The notes: generated from the letters alone by a model not told the origin. Numbered from the stretch's first letter, positions 50,601 through 60,657 are shown. The stretch is DNA of 64,000 nt from Bacteroidales bacterium (GCA_036759025.1 DAIOVL010000006.1:69709-133708), one strand, 5' to 3'. A program made the numbers and translations.

Positions 50601-50942
50601 TCTTATTCCAATACCTTTTCTGTCCCGGCCCGATGGCTAAAAGAAGAAGGCAGTATAATCATTGACCTTGGAGAAGTGGGAGACCTTGCCGAAGTGATCG
50701 TAAACGGACATTCTGCAGGAATAGTATGGTGTGATCCTTTCAGTACTGATATTACACCTTTTTTAAAGAAAGGTGACAATACCCTGGAAATAAACGTGAC
50801 GAACCAGTGGACAAACAGGCTCGCCGGTGATCAGAGAGCAGAACCCGGAAGCAAGGTTCTCAATGCATCATTGTTCATGTTCAGGGCAAGAACTCTTGAT
50901 AACTCGGGACTTATCGGACCTGTAAAATTGTATAAACAATAA
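47643..50942 (+). CDS. large exported glycoside hydrolase, GH106-like (putative alpha-L-rhamnosidase family)
   Basis: The signal peptide starts at MSIKKISAILATLFFLTG (ATG 47643). The ORF-track start at 47565 lies inside the terminator. FKNPPESGKPRTWWHWTNSNITTEGITKDLEWMKRIGIGG resembles the conserved GH106 N-terminus as I recall it. Family not verified. Confidence 0.55.
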   Translation: MSIKKISAILATLFFLTGLNAGLNSQSLTEGFKNPPESGKPRTWWHWTNSNITTEGITKDLEWMKRIGIGGLQLADVGSGQGQIVEKKVAFWSPEWFDAVRHTAAEADRLNLELALFSSAGWSLTGGPWVKPEQAMKKLVWSETNVKGPQKYLSTLPPVPSVEGPIQNLSRGTRPSPNESGFAKEFMVIAFPTPPDETDIRNLNPLITTSAGIIQATELIDNDLNTSTRIRAGNDKSKVWIQFSFDKPVAVKAVTLANRAGIPVGAIKAGNSPDDFTTLTILPGAQLYRAGKVATYSFPETKARNFRIEFTGTPLRPADVMAEAVTKPDSAYTFGEIKLHTGARINRWEDKAGFYHLFSYEPVASNTVNGTSAIDPSSIINLTSLVQPDGTLKWDVPAGDWTIMKFGYSLTGSKNRPPVPTGLGYEVDKLSKEYSLDYIRDYTDPLRKAMGTLYGKSFQYILLDSWEAGMQNWTDNMTEEFQRRRGYDPSPYLPCLTGRVVANSEISDRFLWDFRRTLADMFAENHYGVITDYLNNQGIKTYAEASGVSLEILEDALLCKKYVDIPMGEFWRGIMHPDLMYYQDVRGAASAAHIYGKKIVGAEAFTGGGFDSPYTLKKVGDYWFTQGINRFIFHTSAHQPLDTKPGNTMVGTHINRNITWAEQAAPFMDYLARNSYMLQQGLFVADLVYLLNEGAPSTMPIWGSGLLPSPPEGFDYDYINADALITRMSVDSDGKLLLPDGMSYEVLILPDIREMTLPVLRKLHELVSAGASIAGPKPLRTPGLTDFPACNIEFSELTSDIWGDLDGVSRTKRSFGKGKIYWNVPPALILQEEGIEKDLDTGISNSNILSWIHRRSSDTDFWFIVNRTDSVMDLNMKFRISGREAELWDPVTGNTEVATYRFSKGNTVVPLKLGQYQSVYVVFNKKALENSLTIPVKEPVLLSSINGPWQLRFPAGLGAPETASLPELESLTTSTDEGIKYFSGTVSYSNTFSVPARWLKEEGSIIIDLGEVGDLAEVIVNGHSAGIVWCDPFSTDITPFLKKGDNTLEINVTNQWTNRLAGDQRAEPGSKVLNASLFMFRARTLDNSGLIGPVKLYKQ

Positions 50943-50997
50943 TTCAGCGTAGCATTATATATAATTTTAGTGCCGGATACCTATCATTAAAAGCAAA

Positions 50998-53900
50998 ATG
51001 TCAGGTTCAAAACAGAATATTAATTCACTGCTGAAGCGTCTTAAAAGGGTTTGTGCCGGAGTAGCTGCTATTCTGTTTTTATTACTCAGCCAATCCTTTC
51101 TGACAGAATCTCATGCTGAGGGTATATCGACCATTCTGAGTTTTGATAATTTTTACCAGTCCGACGGGCTGCCAAACAACCAGATACAGTGTATATACCA
51201 GGACAGCAAAGGCTGGATATGGCTGGGCACGAGTCACGGTCTGAGCAGATTTGACGGATACAGGTTCGTAAATTTTATCCCCGATCCTGAAGATTCAACA
51301 AGCTTGTCGGGTCATCTGGTGAGAGTCATAATAGAAGATCCTGACGGAAACCTTCTTATCGGAACCGAAAACGGAGGACTGAATCTTTTCAACAGGAAAA
51401 AAGAGCATTTCATCCATCCTTTCAGGGATCATCCGGAATTCCGATCAAGGGAAGTCTCGGTTAACGCCCTGATGTATGATCATTCCGGAGATCTGTTCAT
51501 TGGAACCGACGCAGGCCTGCTGAGGGCTGATGTTCACGGGAATCTTTCAAGGGTTACCCCGGAAGGTCCCGAAAGAAATTCCCGGTTCGTTCTGAGTTTC
51601 ATAAGAGTGATACAGTCAGACAATTCCGGTAAGCTGTGGATAGGTACAACGAATGGTTTATTTCTTTATGATCCTTCTCTGAATTATGCTGAGGAAATCG
51701 CTGTTCCATTTATCAGCACCCGTTCGGAGGAAATATTTGATATAATCAGGGATGAAAGCGGATATCTATGGATAGCCACTTATTCTAGCGGAGTATTTAT
51801 TTGCGATCCGCAGAAAAAAACATTTGAGCATCTGAGACTGGATCCCTATTTCGACCGAACCGAGACTGTAAGGACAATTTCCAGAGGAGCTATGGGTGAT
51901 TACTGGATGGGAACACGAGGAGGGCTTTATGTTTACTCACCCGACAGAGGTGTGACAGGTTTCTACAAGCATGACGACAGAGATGAGAACAGTCTCGCGA
52001 ATAACTCAGTACTCGACATTTACCACGATGCCAGGGGTGAAATATGGCTGGGTACCAGGGGAGGACTTAGTCTTCTTTCAAAAAGCAAACAGGTTTTCCG
52101 CGATTACCGGGCTCTGCCCGATGACAACCGCTACCTTAACTGTAACATAATTTATACATTCTGGACAGACGAAAACAACAGGGTATGGATCGGAACGGAA
52201 GATGGCGGGATAAATATTCTTGACCAGGAGAGCGGAACATTCAGTTATATGACAGCTGATCCTGAAAATCCAAACTCCATTTCCCAGGATTGTATCAAAG
52301 CCTTTCTGGATGATGGCAAGGGTAATCTATGGATTGGGACATTCTGGGGTGGTATTGACATTCTTGACCTTACTACAGGAAAAATAAAACATCACCGGAG
52401 GATCCTCGGTGATCCTTCAAGTCTGTCAGATAACAGGGTCTGGGATATGTGCTGCGATAAGGAAGGAGACATATGGATAGCCACTTCTGTAGGGGTCGAC
52501 AGGTATGATCATGAGACCGGAGTTTTCAGTCACCTTACAAATCTGGTCAGCAATGAACAGGTGTACTGGATAGAAAAGGATTCCCAGGGCAATATGTGGC
52601 TGGGAACTCTCGGTGAGGTAATTATCTACAGCCCTGATGACGACAGGATATACAGGCATGCAGAACACTCAAGATATTTAACAGAAGATTCACAGGGCAG
52701 ATACTGGATTGCCACAAACGACAGAGGGATAGCTGTATACTCAATTGAAGAAGGCCCCTCAAAGTATTATGGTGAAAATGAAGGACTCTCAAACAATCAG
52801 GCCTTCTGTATTCTCGAGGACAATAAACATTTCCTGTGGATAAGCACTTCAAACGGACTTTCCAGATTCGATCCCGGCAGCGCGCAGTTCTGGAATTTCA
52901 CAAGCCGCGACGGGCTCAGGAACGACCAGTATAACTATGGTGCAGCATATAAGGCAGCTAACGGCGAACTGCTTTTTGGAGGCATAAACGGATTTAATAT
53001 GTTCGATCCTTCCGAAATAGTTCTTGAAAAACCTGATGTACCACTAATTTTTACGGAGCTGAGGATCTTTAATAAGCCTGTTGATCCAGGAAATGACAGG
53101 GATGAGATACTGACCAACAGCATCTCCGAAACATCTCATCTGTCGCTGCATTATCATCAGAACGTATTTACGCTGGAATTCGCAGCCCTGGACTATATAA
53201 GCAGCGGAAGCAATTTATATTCTTACTTTCTGGAAGGCTTTGATAAAGACTGGAATGAACCAGGTAAATCGAGGCTCGCCACCTATACAAACCTCAATCC
53301 GGGCGATTACACTCTCAGGGTCAGGAGAGTATTACCAGGCAACCGGCCTTCAGGTGATGAACTCAAACTGAATATTACTATTATCCCTCCATTCAGAATG
53401 ACATGGTATTTCAGAACTCTTGTCATCATTTTCACCCTTGCCCTTATCACCTTGTCGGTGAAATTCATTCTTAACAGGCAAAAGATCAAAAATGAACTGA
53501 TATTCGAGAAGACCAAAGCAAAAAACCTGCATGAGCTTGATATGCTTAAACTAAGGATGTTCACAAATATCTCCCACGAAATAAGAACACCTCTTACCCT
53601 CATCCTTGGGCCCCTTGAAAAGCTGATCAAAAAGAAAGTGCCTGATGAGGAGATACCTTCTCATCTTTCTCTGATTTACAGAAACACAAAAAATCTCGAC
53701 AGCCTGATAAACCAGCTTCTCGACTTCAGAAAACTCGAGGCCGGGAGCCTTAAACTGGATGAGAAACAGGACGACATGGTAGCTCTGATATCGGAAGTTG
53801 TTCAGTCATTCAGGGAGTTTGCCGCAGAAAAGAATATAAGCCTGGAGTTTCATACCCTGAAAAAGAAGATCATGGCAATCTATGATCCTGACAAAGTAAA

Positions 53901-55146
53901 AACCATCGTCAATAATCTAATCTCCAACGCCATAAAGTATACGGATGAGAAAGGGCTGGTCACTATACAACTCTCTCTTATATTCGTATCAGAAGATGAT
54001 GACTCATTAAATGACCAGTCTGACCGGCAGTACATTGAGATATCTGTCAGAGACAACGGTAAAGGTATATCAGACAGGAATATTGATAAGATCTTCAACC
54101 GTTTTTTCCGGGCTGATTCCGGGCACGAGGGAACAGGAACAGGAATAGGCTTATCTCTTGTTAAAGAACTGGTAAAACTGCATCAGGGAACTATCAGTGT
54201 TGTCAGTAATCCCGGAAAAGGATCAAAATTTACTGTCCGGCTCCCATTCCGGACTGAAATTGCTGCGAAAGATATACTGATTTCAGAAAATCTACCCTGC
54301 GAGGAATCATTCAAGGACGATCTTATGAAACAGTCTGTTCCAAATGCAGACAAGGAACATGATGAAAGAATTCTATTAATAGTTGAGGATAATCCGGATG
54401 TGCGTTATTTCATAAGAAGTCATTTTGACTCTTATTTCGTTGTATATGAAGCGCGTAATGGCAGGGAAGGATTGGATCTGGCAATAAGAATTATACCCGA
54501 TGTAATTATAAGTGACGTACTGATGCCCGATATCGACGGTTATGAATTTTGCCGCAGGGTCAAAAAGGATGACAGAACTTCACACATTCCAATACTGATT
54601 CTGACAGCCCTTCATTCCCGGGAACATGAGATTGAAGGATTATCCTCCGGAGCAGATGATTACATAACAAAACCCTTTGACATAACGATCCTTCAGACAA
54701 AAATTGAAAATATGCTGCAAACAAGAAGAGCCCTGAAGGAAAAATATACCAGCCAGATCATACTGAAACCATCTGATCTGGAAATAACATCGCCTGATGA
54801 GCGGTTTCTTAAAAAAGCCATCGAGGTTGTGGAAAAGAATATTTCGAACGCAGATCTCGACATCGAACATTTTGCATCGGAAGTCGGAGTCAGCAGGATG
54901 CAGCTTTACAGAAAATTCAGTGCACTCACAAACATGACGGTGAAAGAATTTGTAAGAAATATCCGTCTGAAAAGAGCGGCACAGCTTCTTCTCGAAAAGA
55001 AGCTTACCGTCAGTGAGATAGCCTATGAAGTTGGATTTAAGGACCTGTCTCATTTCAGAAAATGTTTCCACCGCGAATTCGGCATGAGCGCTTCAGAATA
55101 TATTAATCAGAACACGGAACATACTGAAACATCTACTGATTTCTGA
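50998..55146 (+). CDS. hybrid two-component system sensor/regulator (beta-propeller/Y_Y_Y sensor, HisKA, HATPase, REC, AraC-type HTH)
   Basis: 1382 aa with Reg_prop-like repeats, one transmembrane segment, the H-box FTNISHEIRTPLTLI, GTGIGLSLVKELVKLHQG, REC (ILLIVEDNPD...ISDVLMPDIDG) and an AraC HTH (LTVSEIAYEVGFKDLSHFRKCFHREFGMSASEY). Confidence 0.93.
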   Translation: MSGSKQNINSLLKRLKRVCAGVAAILFLLLSQSFLTESHAEGISTILSFDNFYQSDGLPNNQIQCIYQDSKGWIWLGTSHGLSRFDGYRFVNFIPDPEDSTSLSGHLVRVIIEDPDGNLLIGTENGGLNLFNRKKEHFIHPFRDHPEFRSREVSVNALMYDHSGDLFIGTDAGLLRADVHGNLSRVTPEGPERNSRFVLSFIRVIQSDNSGKLWIGTTNGLFLYDPSLNYAEEIAVPFISTRSEEIFDIIRDESGYLWIATYSSGVFICDPQKKTFEHLRLDPYFDRTETVRTISRGAMGDYWMGTRGGLYVYSPDRGVTGFYKHDDRDENSLANNSVLDIYHDARGEIWLGTRGGLSLLSKSKQVFRDYRALPDDNRYLNCNIIYTFWTDENNRVWIGTEDGGINILDQESGTFSYMTADPENPNSISQDCIKAFLDDGKGNLWIGTFWGGIDILDLTTGKIKHHRRILGDPSSLSDNRVWDMCCDKEGDIWIATSVGVDRYDHETGVFSHLTNLVSNEQVYWIEKDSQGNMWLGTLGEVIIYSPDDDRIYRHAEHSRYLTEDSQGRYWIATNDRGIAVYSIEEGPSKYYGENEGLSNNQAFCILEDNKHFLWISTSNGLSRFDPGSAQFWNFTSRDGLRNDQYNYGAAYKAANGELLFGGINGFNMFDPSEIVLEKPDVPLIFTELRIFNKPVDPGNDRDEILTNSISETSHLSLHYHQNVFTLEFAALDYISSGSNLYSYFLEGFDKDWNEPGKSRLATYTNLNPGDYTLRVRRVLPGNRPSGDELKLNITIIPPFRMTWYFRTLVIIFTLALITLSVKFILNRQKIKNELIFEKTKAKNLHELDMLKLRMFTNISHEIRTPLTLILGPLEKLIKKKVPDEEIPSHLSLIYRNTKNLDSLINQLLDFRKLEAGSLKLDEKQDDMVALISEVVQSFREFAAEKNISLEFHTLKKKIMAIYDPDKVKTIVNNLISNAIKYTDEKGLVTIQLSLIFVSEDDDSLNDQSDRQYIEISVRDNGKGISDRNIDKIFNRFFRADSGHEGTGTGIGLSLVKELVKLHQGTISVVSNPGKGSKFTVRLPFRTEIAAKDILISENLPCEESFKDDLMKQSVPNADKEHDERILLIVEDNPDVRYFIRSHFDSYFVVYEARNGREGLDLAIRIIPDVIISDVLMPDIDGYEFCRRVKKDDRTSHIPILILTALHSREHEIEGLSSGADDYITKPFDITILQTKIENMLQTRRALKEKYTSQIILKPSDLEITSPDERFLKKAIEVVEKNISNADLDIEHFASEVGVSRMQLYRKFSALTNMTVKEFVRNIRLKRAAQLLLEKKLTVSEIAYEVGFKDLSHFRKCFHREFGMSASEYINQNTEHTETSTDF

Positions 55147-55205
55147 GCAATCCTGCTTTTTTCTCAAACTGTGTCACTCCTCAGATAAGTTACTGATAAC
55201 AAGCC

Positions 55206-55285
55206 TGGGAAATTTTCACCCGTTTTTTGGGAAATATTTCCCGTTTCGGGAAAAGACTCCTCCCAGGATGGGAAAATACTCCCCC
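55206..55285 (+). promoter_or_regulatory. four phased GGGAAA-N6-9-CCC repeats (candidate operator for the PUL)
   Basis: The GGGAAA starts are at 55207, 55229, 55248 and 55270 (spacings 22, 19, 22 bp). Copy 2 is the perfect palindrome GGGAAATATTTCCC. The repeats lie between the HTCS stop and the GH28 start. Confidence 0.4.
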
Positions 55286-55377
55286 TGCCTTTGGCTTATG
55301 TTTAATAATTTTATTATTGAACAATCAGGCTGTTAAGGATCGGTTATTCATGGGTAAAGTTGGTTTGGGAGTTTGAT

Positions 55378-55407
55378 CAGGATGAGCCGGGCTACCGGTT
55401 CATCCTG
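55378..55407. repeat. 13-bp inverted repeat in the GH28 upstream region
   Basis: CAGGATGAGCCGG - GCTA - CCGGTTCATCCTG with one mismatch, 53 nt upstream of the GH28 ATG. Confidence 0.6.
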
Positions 55408-55459
55408 TCATTCTGCAAACCGATACTGAAGCAGCAATATAACGCAAAAAAAACAACTG

Positions 55460-57163
55460 ATGAATAACAACATCATGAACTCCCGCATAATAATAATATT
55501 AACTGTTTCTTTAGCTTTATCGTGCGACAGCAACGACACGAACCTGAGCAAACAGATTGTTGATGAAGGTTTTAACCTTTCAGGATTCCCTGAGATCAGC
55601 GAACCTGACATACCTGAATATACAGTAAATATTATAGATTTTGGTGCAGTCCCCGATGGTCAGACCTTAAACACTGAAGCTTTCTCTGATGCCATCGATG
55701 ATGTCAGCAAAAAAGGAGGCGGCAGGGTTGTCATTCCCAGCGGTCTCTGGCTTACAGGGCCAATAGTGCTTAAGAGTAACCTGGAACTTCATGCTGAGCA
55801 GGGAGCTTTGATAATCTTCAGCCCCGACAAGGATCTTTATCCACTTGTAGAAACCAGCTTTGAAGGTAAAAATACCGTAAGATGTTTATCTCCAATTTAT
55901 GGACACGATCTTGAAAATATCGCCTTCACGGGAAAAGGTATATATGATGGTACCGGAGAAGTCTGGCGACCGGTCAAAAAAGAAAAGCTGACTGAGTCAC
56001 AGTGGAAGAAACTTATTGAGTCGGATGGCGTACTGAGCGACGACGGAAGTCAGTGGTTCCCGTCGCAATCTTATTACGAAGGTCAGAAAATAAGCTCAAT
56101 GAATGTCCCTGACAAACCCCTGACACCTGAAGACTTCAGCAGAATAAAGGATTTTCTCCGGCCAGTCATGGTAAGTCTTATTAATTGCAAACAAATATTA
56201 TTCGACGGTCCGGTTTTTCAAAACTCACCGGCATGGTGTATCCATCCTTTAATGTGCGAAGATCTTCTTGTGAGGAATATTACTGTAAAAAATCCATGGT
56301 TCTCCCAGAACGGTGACGGAATCGATATTGAATCATGTAAAAACACTATCGTTACCAACAGCAGCTTCGATGTGGGCGATGATGCCATCTGCATCAAATC
56401 GGGGAAGGATAAAGAAGGAAGAGACAGAGGGATCCCTACAGAAAATCTTATCATCGACAACTGTGTTGTATATCACGGACATGGAGGTGTGACAGTTGGG
56501 AGTGAGATGTCGGGTGGAGTGAGGAATGTTTATGTCTCAAACTGCACATTTATAGGTACAGATGTAGGCATCCGTTTCAAGAGCAACCGCGGCAGAGGAG
56601 GTGTTGTCGAAAATATTAATTTCTCAGACATTGATATGATCAATATCCCTACCCAGGCGATATCATTTAACCTCTATTACGGTGGTCTCTCAGTATCTGA
56701 AATGCTGGCACTTGAAAAATCAGGAAAAAAAGTGACTGAAATTGAAACAGTCCCCCCCGTGTCAGAGGAAACGCCCGTATTCAGAAACATTACCATGAAG
56801 AATATTACGTGCAGGGGAGCACTTCAGGCTATCTTTCTGCAGGGGCTGCCTGAGATGAGCCTTGAAAACATAAAAATGGAAAACATAGACATCAAAGCCG
56901 TTAACGGGATAACCTGCATTGACGCAGACGGGATAAAAATCAACGGACTGAGACTGTCAGTGGAAAACACACCTGCAATCGACATCCGTAACAGCAGGAA
57001 CTTCGGGGCTGAAAATATTGAACTGATACCTGCACACGAAAATAATATAAGGATAACAGGAAAAAGATCGGAAAAGATTGATATCACAGTCAGTGGAGGT
57101 TACAGCAAGGAAGCTGCCGTTTTCGGCGTGGAAGTAAATAGAAATTCAATTTCAATAATATGA
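55460..57163 (+). CDS. glycoside hydrolase family 28 (polygalacturonase/rhamnogalacturonase-like) lipoprotein
   Basis: The four GH28 signature blocks are present: NGDGID, GDDAICIKSG, GHGGVTVGSE and IRFKS. Lipobox LALSC. Confidence 0.9.
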   Translation: MNNNIMNSRIIIILTVSLALSCDSNDTNLSKQIVDEGFNLSGFPEISEPDIPEYTVNIIDFGAVPDGQTLNTEAFSDAIDDVSKKGGGRVVIPSGLWLTGPIVLKSNLELHAEQGALIIFSPDKDLYPLVETSFEGKNTVRCLSPIYGHDLENIAFTGKGIYDGTGEVWRPVKKEKLTESQWKKLIESDGVLSDDGSQWFPSQSYYEGQKISSMNVPDKPLTPEDFSRIKDFLRPVMVSLINCKQILFDGPVFQNSPAWCIHPLMCEDLLVRNITVKNPWFSQNGDGIDIESCKNTIVTNSSFDVGDDAICIKSGKDKEGRDRGIPTENLIIDNCVVYHGHGGVTVGSEMSGGVRNVYVSNCTFIGTDVGIRFKSNRGRGGVVENINFSDIDMINIPTQAISFNLYYGGLSVSEMLALEKSGKKVTEIETVPPVSEETPVFRNITMKNITCRGALQAIFLQGLPEMSLENIKMENIDIKAVNGITCIDADGIKINGLRLSVENTPAIDIRNSRNFGAENIELIPAHENNIRITGKRSEKIDITVSGGYSKEAAVFGVEVNRNSISII

Positions 57164-57297
57164 AACAGAAAAACTATATGCACAGCACCGGTCCGCCATT
57201 CACTTAGTGGAAATATGCCACAATCGGCAGAAAACGATCTCACCATGTAAAATGAATTAGAACGTGAATCAATTAACAACCTAAAACAAGTTTATCT

Positions 57298-60200
57298 ATG
57301 AAAAGAAATCTAAGGCTTTTCCTGCTGCTGCTGATCTTCATATCGGCAACATCGGGTATCTTTGCCCAGATAACGGTAAGCGGTACAGTAATTGATACCG
57401 ATAATCAGCCTGTTATAGGGGCAAATGTTGTTGTAAAAGGGACAACAATAGGAACGATGACAGATGTTAACGGGAAATTTACCCTGAATGTACCATCGTC
57501 ATCCAGTATCGTTACCATCTCATTTATAGGGTATGTCCCTCAGGAAATTGTAGTTGGTAACAATACTGTCCTCAATGTCACGCTCGAATCCGAAGCTACC
57601 GCTCTTAGTGAAGTGGTGGTAATTGGCTATGGAACGGTAAAAAAACGTGACCTTACCGGTTCAGTTGCCTCCATCGACGGAACTCAGATTGCAGCTGTAC
57701 CGGTTTCGAATGCTGCTCAGGCTCTTACCGGGAAATTGCCCGGAGTCAGCGTCGTCTCGCAGGACGGTCGTCCCGATGCTTCCATTTCAATCAGAGTAAG
57801 AGGTGGAGGATCAATATCACAGAGCAATGATCCTCTGTTTATAGTTGACGGCTTTCCTGTAAGTTCGATAAGCGACATACCTGCCGACCTTATCGAAAGC
57901 ATCGACGTTCTTAAAGATGCTTCATCAACAGCTATCTACGGAGCAAGAGGTGCCAACGGTGTCATCATTGTGACAACTAAAGGTGCAAAAGCAGGTAAGC
58001 TGACTGTAAATTACGACGGTTACATGCAGTTCAACCAGCCTACAAAGTACCTGGAAACCCTGAATGCTTACGACTATATCGCCTATAACTGGGGATATGC
58101 CAGGGCAATCAGCGCAGCCTATGCTAATGCCTGGGAAATGCTGTGGGCTATTGGCAGCCAGGCAGGAACTTACGGAAACTCCCAGGGTATAGATTTTTAT
58201 AAGAATGTTGAAGCAAGAAACTACTCAAAGGATAGTTACGGAAATTCTTTCTCGCATAACCATAACCTTAATATTACAGGTGGCAGCGAAAATTCAAAAT
58301 ACCTTTTTGCCGCAAACTACATTGACAACGAAGGGATGAAGATCAACTCATGGTACAAGAGATTCAATGCAACATTCAAGATCGATCAGAAGATCTTTGA
58401 AAAACTGAATCTCACCTTCGATACCAGGTTTTCGGATATTGACAGGATGGGTAGTGAAAGCACAACCAATGCAAGAGGTTCAATACTTTCATCTTCATAC
58501 CAGTTCAGGCCTATTGCCACTGAAGATGTCCAGGGTGAACTGAATGATGTAATCAACACCCAGCTGGGTATGTATGACATCGTGCTACAGGACAGGTACA
58601 ATCCTGTGGAAAGAATGAAAGATTACCTTCCCGAGTCGAGGGGCCGCTCACTGCGTTCCAATATAGCCTTATCGTGGGAAATCATTAATGGACTGACTGC
58701 CAGGTCGGAACTGGGTGTGAATGCCTACTGGAACAAATCCTTGACCTGGTCAGGAGCCATTTACAATGACTATCTCGATACTGAAGGAAACAAAACCTAC
58801 GGAGGTAACGCCTCCATTGGTACATCAGAAGGATGGGGCCTCAGATGGGCCAACACCCTGAGCTATGATGTCCAGGGGCTCGGCAGCAACCAGACACTGA
58901 ACGTGATGGCTGGCCAGGAGGTGACAAACTCCGGATCCTCTTCAATAAGCATCTGGGGGAATAAATATCCTTCATCTTTCGATTCAGATCGTGCTTTTGC
59001 TATGATGGACCAGTATCTTTCCGGTACAACAACCGTTAACAGCGGATTTGAATCGAATACCGGAACACCAAACCGTCTTCTCTCATACTTTGGGCGTCTT
59101 AACTATTCACTTCTCAACAAATACCTGTTGACAATGACTTTCCGTGCTGACGGTTCATCAAGATTTGCTCCTACAAACCGCTGGGGATATTTCCCGGCAG
59201 CTGCCCTGGGATGGCGTGTCTCGGAAGAAGATTTCATGAAGAGCATCGCATGGCTTAACAATCTTAAATTAAGAGTATCATACGGCTCCGTCGGAAATGA
59301 CGGAATAAGCGCAAACCTATGGAAAACAAACTGGAGCTCTACCGGACCTACAGCCTATTCAATTAATGAAGTACAGCAGATTGCCTATACTCCTGCCTCA
59401 ACCATCGCCAACCCGAATCTGAAGTGGGAAACGACGATAACACGTAACGCAGGTATTGACTTCGCGTTCCTTAAAAGCAGAATATACGGTACTCTTGATT
59501 TTTACTGGAACTCGACCAAGGACCTCCTCATGCTTACATCGGTTTCAGCAATCAGCGGGTTCTCTTCAACATACGATAACATTGGAAGCACCAGCAACAA
59601 GGGAGTTGAACTTGCTATCGGCGGAGACATAATCAGGAAATCTGACTTCTCACTTAGTGCCGATTTCAACATAAACATCAACAGGGGAAAAGTTGAAGAG
59701 CTTGCTCCCGGGGTCAACGGACTCTACAGAACAAGCTGGGCTTCGGTATATATCGCACCGCTCACTGGTGACTACATCCTGGTGGAAGGCCAGCCTGTTG
59801 GCCAGGTCAGAGGTTACCAGTATGACGGATGGTATACAACCGACGATTTCAATTACGATGCTGCTACCCAGACCTACACACTTAAGGAAGGAGTTCCTGA
59901 TATAGCATCAGGAATCATCGGAACAGTATATGGAACGTCATCAAATAAACCTGGCGGACAAAGTGCTTATCCGGGTGTTATCAAGCTGAAAGACATAAGC
60001 GGACCTGACGGAGAACCTGACGGACTGATTAACGATTATGATGTCGATATAATCGGTGACATGAATCCAAAACATACAGGAGGATTCAATATCAACGGAA
60101 GATACAAGGGGATTGATCTGGGATTGAACTTCAACTGGAGCTATGGCAACCAGATCTATAATGCAAACTATCTTGCTGCATTGATGGGAATAAAGGAAGA

Positions 60201-60636
60201 CGGGCTATATAGGAACCGTCTTGATGTTCTCGGAAATTCTTACAAGATTTACGATGTTCAGAACGGCCAGCTTGTATTTGTTACTGATCCTGCCCAGCTT
60301 GATGCTCTCAACGCAAATGCAGGTATCTTTATGCCATACCAGGAAAATGCCGTTACATCAACTCTTGGAATCCAGGATGGATCATTCCTCAGACTTAACA
60401 CCGTTACCCTGGGTTACACACTCCCCTCCAGTCTGACAGGAAAGATCAATATCAGGAAGGTACGCGTTTACGGAGCTATATATAATGCTCTTACCTTTAC
60501 AAGTTACAAGGGTCTCGACCCGGAAGTCAACACAAACACCAGCCAGGGCGGAGCACAGTATCCGACAATCGGCCTCGACTGGGGTGCCTATCCGCGTGCC
60601 AGGTCATTTACACTCGGCATTAATGTTGAGTTTTAA
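57298..60636 (+). CDS. susC: SusC/RagA-family TonB-dependent outer-membrane transporter
   Basis: N-terminal carboxypeptidase-regulatory-like domain (ITVSGTVIDTDNQPVIGANVVVKGT), plug region (VVIGYGTVKKRDLTGSVASI), 1112 aa, C-terminal ...LGINVEF. Confidence 0.95.
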   Translation: MKRNLRLFLLLLIFISATSGIFAQITVSGTVIDTDNQPVIGANVVVKGTTIGTMTDVNGKFTLNVPSSSSIVTISFIGYVPQEIVVGNNTVLNVTLESEATALSEVVVIGYGTVKKRDLTGSVASIDGTQIAAVPVSNAAQALTGKLPGVSVVSQDGRPDASISIRVRGGGSISQSNDPLFIVDGFPVSSISDIPADLIESIDVLKDASSTAIYGARGANGVIIVTTKGAKAGKLTVNYDGYMQFNQPTKYLETLNAYDYIAYNWGYARAISAAYANAWEMLWAIGSQAGTYGNSQGIDFYKNVEARNYSKDSYGNSFSHNHNLNITGGSENSKYLFAANYIDNEGMKINSWYKRFNATFKIDQKIFEKLNLTFDTRFSDIDRMGSESTTNARGSILSSSYQFRPIATEDVQGELNDVINTQLGMYDIVLQDRYNPVERMKDYLPESRGRSLRSNIALSWEIINGLTARSELGVNAYWNKSLTWSGAIYNDYLDTEGNKTYGGNASIGTSEGWGLRWANTLSYDVQGLGSNQTLNVMAGQEVTNSGSSSISIWGNKYPSSFDSDRAFAMMDQYLSGTTTVNSGFESNTGTPNRLLSYFGRLNYSLLNKYLLTMTFRADGSSRFAPTNRWGYFPAAALGWRVSEEDFMKSIAWLNNLKLRVSYGSVGNDGISANLWKTNWSSTGPTAYSINEVQQIAYTPASTIANPNLKWETTITRNAGIDFAFLKSRIYGTLDFYWNSTKDLLMLTSVSAISGFSSTYDNIGSTSNKGVELAIGGDIIRKSDFSLSADFNININRGKVEELAPGVNGLYRTSWASVYIAPLTGDYILVEGQPVGQVRGYQYDGWYTTDDFNYDAATQTYTLKEGVPDIASGIIGTVYGTSSNKPGGQSAYPGVIKLKDISGPDGEPDGLINDYDVDIIGDMNPKHTGGFNINGRYKGIDLGLNFNWSYGNQIYNANYLAALMGIKEDGLYRNRLDVLGNSYKIYDVQNGQLVFVTDPAQLDALNANAGIFMPYQENAVTSTLGIQDGSFLRLNTVTLGYTLPSSLTGKINIRKVRVYGAIYNALTFTSYKGLDPEVNTNTSQGGAQYPTIGLDWGAYPRARSFTLGINVEF

Positions 60637-60657
60637 TCTTAAAACAAAATATACTAT

